DNA of 64,000 nt. It comes from Halarcobacter sp. (GTDB lineage Bacteria; Campylobacterota; Campylobacteria; Campylobacterales; Arcobacteraceae). Position 1 is the first letter of the stretch, and each line of letters starts with the position of its first letter. Where the stretch lies: positions 3,488,001-3,552,000 of the forward strand of contig CP182352.1 of assembly GCA_048571215.1 (NCBI GenBank), in the 5' to 3' direction. A program made the position numbers and the translations under genes. Under the pieces are notes generated by a model, which was not told the DNA's origin, did no database searches, and worked only from the letters and a program-made list of their open reading frames with translations. Below are positions 60,901 to 64,000 of this stretch, piece after piece.

Positions 60901-60989
60901 AGAGAGTTGACAGAGTTGGTCGAATGTACCGGTTTTGAAAACCGGCGAGGTTCACGCCTCCGAGGGTTCGAATCCCTTGCTCTCTGCCA
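60901..60989 (+). tRNA. tRNA-Ser (anticodon TGA)
   Basis: AGAGAGT/GCTCTCT, CCGGT-TTTGAAA-ACCGG, long variable arm, GGTTCGAATCC, G discriminator plus CCA. Confidence 0.95.
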
Positions 60990-61049
60990 CTATATATAAA
61001 TCATCTAACTTTTTTTAAATTTTAAATGATTTACTCAAAACTTTTTGTT

Positions 61050-61125
61050 GGAGCTATAGCAAAGCTGGTAATGCCTCGGATTGCAAATCCGATATGCGTT
61101 GGTTCGAGTCCGACTAGCTCCTCCA
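61050..61125 (+). tRNA. tRNA-Cys (anticodon GCA)
   Basis: GGAGCTA/TAGCTCC, TCGGA-TTGCAAA-TCCGA, GGTTCGAGTCC, U discriminator plus CCA. Confidence 0.95.
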
Positions 61126-61206
61126 CTTTTTTTTAATCAAATACATTATTATCAATGTATTTACAATATTAATTTGTAAGCTAGTATTAGTTCTTAAGTT
61201 TTTATT

Positions 61207-63018
61207 CTAATCTTTATATTTTTCATGAATTTCAACAATCTCATCAAAAGAGTCAATAAAAGCTTTTACACATTTTGGATCAAAATGTGTACCACTTTGT
61301 TTTATTATAATCTCTTTTGCTTTTGATGCTGGCATACTATTTTTATAACATCTTTTTGAAACTAAAGCATCAAATACATCAGCAATTGCAACAATTCTTG
61401 CAAATAGAGGTATTTCATTCTCTTTTAATTTTTGTGGATAGCCAGTTCCATCCCATTTTTCATGGTGATAAAGTGCTATAACTCTTCCATTTTCCATTAG
61501 ATTTGAGCTTGGATTATCTAAGATATTGGCACCTATTTTTGAGTGTGTTTCCATTACAACTCTTTCTTCAGGGGATAATTTTGCAGGTTTCATTAAGATA
61601 TTATCGGGAATGGCAAGTTTACCTATATCGTGCATACCACTTGCATGTTTTAAAATATAAAGGTCATCATCACTAAGATTAAGTTTTTTCCCAATAGCTA
61701 CACAATAATAACCTATTCTTTTGATATGCTCAGCCGTATCTGTATCTTTGAATTCAGAAGCAATAGCAAGTCTTAATAACGTGTCTGTATAAGCTTTTTT
61801 TAGACTATTTTTCATCTTATTAGATGCATTGATTGTTTCATTAAACTCAGTAAATATTGTTGGTTTTAAATCTGGGATATTAAGATTTAAATTATTCAAC
61901 TCTTTTGCCATATATTGCAGTTTTTGTATAGAATTATTTATTGACCTTGCAACAAAATATCCAATAATAATAAATAAAAAACCAAATATTATAGTAATTA
62001 AAATATTTAGTTGTTGATTTCTTTTTATAGTTCCCAAATAGTCATCTTCTGGCAAATACATACCTATTATCCACTTTATATTATTCATATTAAAGGGTAT
62101 AAATAGACTATGATATGTGGTGCCATCGTCTGTTGTAAAAGTTAAATATTCTCTTTTGTTTATATTAAATCCATTCTTAGCTTTAATTATATTGTATGCT
62201 TTTAATGCAATCTCATCTCCAAGTTGATGAATATCTTTTAACTCCGATTTATTTTCTTTTTTTATAACAACATTTTTATTTGGAAAAGCCATCATTTTTA
62301 ATGTATCATCCATCATAAAAACTTTACTATTTTTACTTATTTTAAGACTTGTGATAAATTTTGTTAATTCACTTATCTCTATATCTACTCCAATAACACC
62401 TTCAAACTCATTATTTGAATTATAAATTGGAGATGCAGTTGTTATTCCTAACTTTTGAGAAGTAAAAAAGATATATGGATTTGTCCAAATTAAACTTTTT
62501 TTCTCTACTGCTTTTTTAAACCAAATTCTAGATCTTGGGTCATATAGCCCTTTAGATGTTGTTTTTTCTAAAATATTTTTCATTGTATTATCATATTGAA
62601 TTTTTAAAGCTACTTTTTCCCCTAATTCATTTGTAAAAACTCTTTTTGCAAAATAACCTTTTTTATTTTTTAATAACATTGTAAAATTACTATTTTTATT
62701 TCCATAATAGAGGGCTGAAAACTCTTTATTTATTTGTAGCTGTTCATAAAAGTAGTGAATCATCAAGTTAAAATCTTTGCTATTTACAACTTTATTTGAA
62801 GCTAATCTTTGTGATAAATTTGCGGCATCTTTCGCTTTATACATAAACTGTTTTGATTTGTCTAATGCAAAATCGGAAATATTTAACATAATTTGATTTG
62901 CATGTTTTAACATAGATTGTTTTGATGAATAGTATGATGAAAATACAATAATACTAATTAAGAAAAAAGTACCTAAAACTAATCCTATCATTAATAAAGT
63001 TTTTATTGATAATCTCAA
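61207..63018 (-). CDS. dCache-sensor HD-GYP cyclic-dinucleotide phosphodiesterase
   Basis: TM, dCache (YDPRSRIWF...WTNPY...GVIGVD), TM, then T..H..R, HDIGK, HHEKWDGTGYP, ADVFDAL...R.YK. Confidence 0.92.
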   Translation of the reverse strand: MRLSIKTLLMIGLVLGTFFLISIIVFSSYYSSKQSMLKHANQIMLNISDFALDKSKQFMYKAKDAANLSQRLASNKVVNSKDFNLMIHYFYEQLQINKEFSALYYGNKNSNFTMLLKNKKGYFAKRVFTNELGEKVALKIQYDNTMKNILEKTTSKGLYDPRSRIWFKKAVEKKSLIWTNPYIFFTSQKLGITTASPIYNSNNEFEGVIGVDIEISELTKFITSLKISKNSKVFMMDDTLKMMAFPNKNVVIKKENKSELKDIHQLGDEIALKAYNIIKAKNGFNINKREYLTFTTDDGTTYHSLFIPFNMNNIKWIIGMYLPEDDYLGTIKRNQQLNILITIIFGFLFIIIGYFVARSINNSIQKLQYMAKELNNLNLNIPDLKPTIFTEFNETINASNKMKNSLKKAYTDTLLRLAIASEFKDTDTAEHIKRIGYYCVAIGKKLNLSDDDLYILKHASGMHDIGKLAIPDNILMKPAKLSPEERVVMETHSKIGANILDNPSSNLMENGRVIALYHHEKWDGTGYPQKLKENEIPLFARIVAIADVFDALVSKRCYKNSMPASKAKEIIIKQSGTHFDPKCVKAFIDSFDEIVEIHEKYKD

Positions 63019-63241
63019 TTGAACTCCTAGTATTAAGCTCTTAAGTTAGTATAGTATAAATAAGATTAATTTATAATTGCATAAATTATAGTTATCTAAA
63101 AGTTCAATATTCTATAGTTTATTAAGAGATAAATAGATAATTTTTATTTAAATTATGACAAATTTATAAATTTCTTTATATTATAAGTTCAGCTTATGTA
63201 ATATTAAGTTTATTTTTAACTTTAATGCGTATAATTACTTT

Positions 63242-63305
63242 GATTAATTTCATGCATATCTATAGTTAAAAAGGGCTCATCTGTAAAAGATGAGCCCTTT
63301 TTTTT
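63242..63305 (+). ncRNA. Candidate small RNA of about 64 nt
   Basis: TATAAT at 63230-63235, then a strong AAAAGGGCTCATCT-GTAAA-AGATGAGCCCTTTT hairpin with a T8 tract; no ORF ends here. Confidence 0.5.
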
Positions 63306-63474
63306 AATATTATTATTACTTATAGTAATAATAATATTGCAATAATAATATTAAACTAATATAGTTACTATCAAATTTTATTTCTAGATTTTCATTTGAA
63401 CTCATAACCTTTAATCTTGTTGTTAATAAGGATATAATAAAATAATTACTTATTTTAAAACTAAAGAGAGAGAT

Positions 63475-64000
63475 ATGAAAAGAGTTAAGTTTTTACTGAT
63501 AACAATTTTATGTGTATTTACTGTAGGCTGTGCTGATAAGGGTGAAAAACTTCTTACTGAAATAAAGCCAATGGATAGAGAAAATATAATTCAAAAATCT
63601 ACAATTCATGATGCAGTTAGAATAAATGATTTAAAGTTAGTTGATTATTTCATAAAAAGTGGTACAGATATTAATACAAAAGATAAATTTGGTTATACCC
63701 CTTTACATCTTGCTGCAAGATTTAATCACCTAGATATCGCAAAACTACTGATAAAAAATGGTGCAGATATAAACACACAAGATAAATATTTTGATACTCC
63801 ACTTATAGACTCAACAAGAAATGGTTATTCTGCAATGTCTGAATTACTTATTTGCAATGGTGCTAAAAGAGATATGGTAGATAAATATAAAATGACCCCT
63901 TCTGATTATGCATTAAGAGCAAATGATACAAGATTATCAAAGCTTTTAAAACTTAAAGACCTAAGTGGATATTGTCAAAATAAGATAAAAAAAGAGAAAA
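63475..64000 (+). CDS. Ankyrin-repeat lipoprotein, 3' truncated by the window edge (absent from the ORF track)
   Basis: MKRVKFLLITILCVFTVG-C lipobox; GTDINTKDKFGYTPLHLAA, GADINTQDKYFDTPL. Confidence 0.88.
   Translation, partial: MKRVKFLLITILCVFTVGCADKGEKLLTEIKPMDRENIIQKSTIHDAVRINDLKLVDYFIKSGTDINTKDKFGYTPLHLAARFNHLDIAKLLIKNGADINTQDKYFDTPLIDSTRNGYSAMSELLICNGAKRDMVDKYKMTPSDYALRANDTRLSKLLKLKDLSGYCQNKIKKEK

Noticed and set aside
60901..60989. tRNA-Sec
   Set aside because: The anticodon is TGA (Ser), not TCA, and the acceptor stem is the standard 7 bp.
61126..64000. Integrative element at tRNA-Cys
   Set aside because: No integrase or duplicated tRNA 3' end within the window.

Overview
Low-GC chromosomal segment that looks like Campylobacterota, most likely Arcobacteraceae (inferred from the 282-aa flagellins, Maf proteins, TAXI-TRAP and hrcA-grpE-dnaK). 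Bases 1-23 kb form a flagellin glycosylation/modification region. A tightly packed + strand operon encodes a GNAT/FemAB-like protein, a NodU/CmcH carbamoyltransferase, four radical SAM enzymes, a DegT aminotransferase, GT9, two GT2s, UDP-glucuronate decarboxylase, DUF354 and Maf. It converges on a second maf, three near-identical flagellins, trmA and a TPR-glycosyltransferase. Two flagellins carry a ~115-nt 5' leader of four hairpins with compensatory base changes, a candidate undescribed cis-regulatory RNA. The rest is mostly housekeeping: SUV3-like helicase, ankyrin protein, glmU, coaBC, uppS, prepilin peptidase, lptF/G, truA, three two-component systems, TRAP/TAXI and DASS transporters, hrcA-grpE-dnaK with CIRCE, mltA, psd, trx/dsbD, dtd, htrA, ilvD, tRNA-Leu/Ser/Cys, a Cache-HD-GYP protein, a candidate sRNA and a partial ankyrin lipoprotein. 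No IS, prophage or CRISPR array was seen. All calls come from motif reading by eye; no database search was run.
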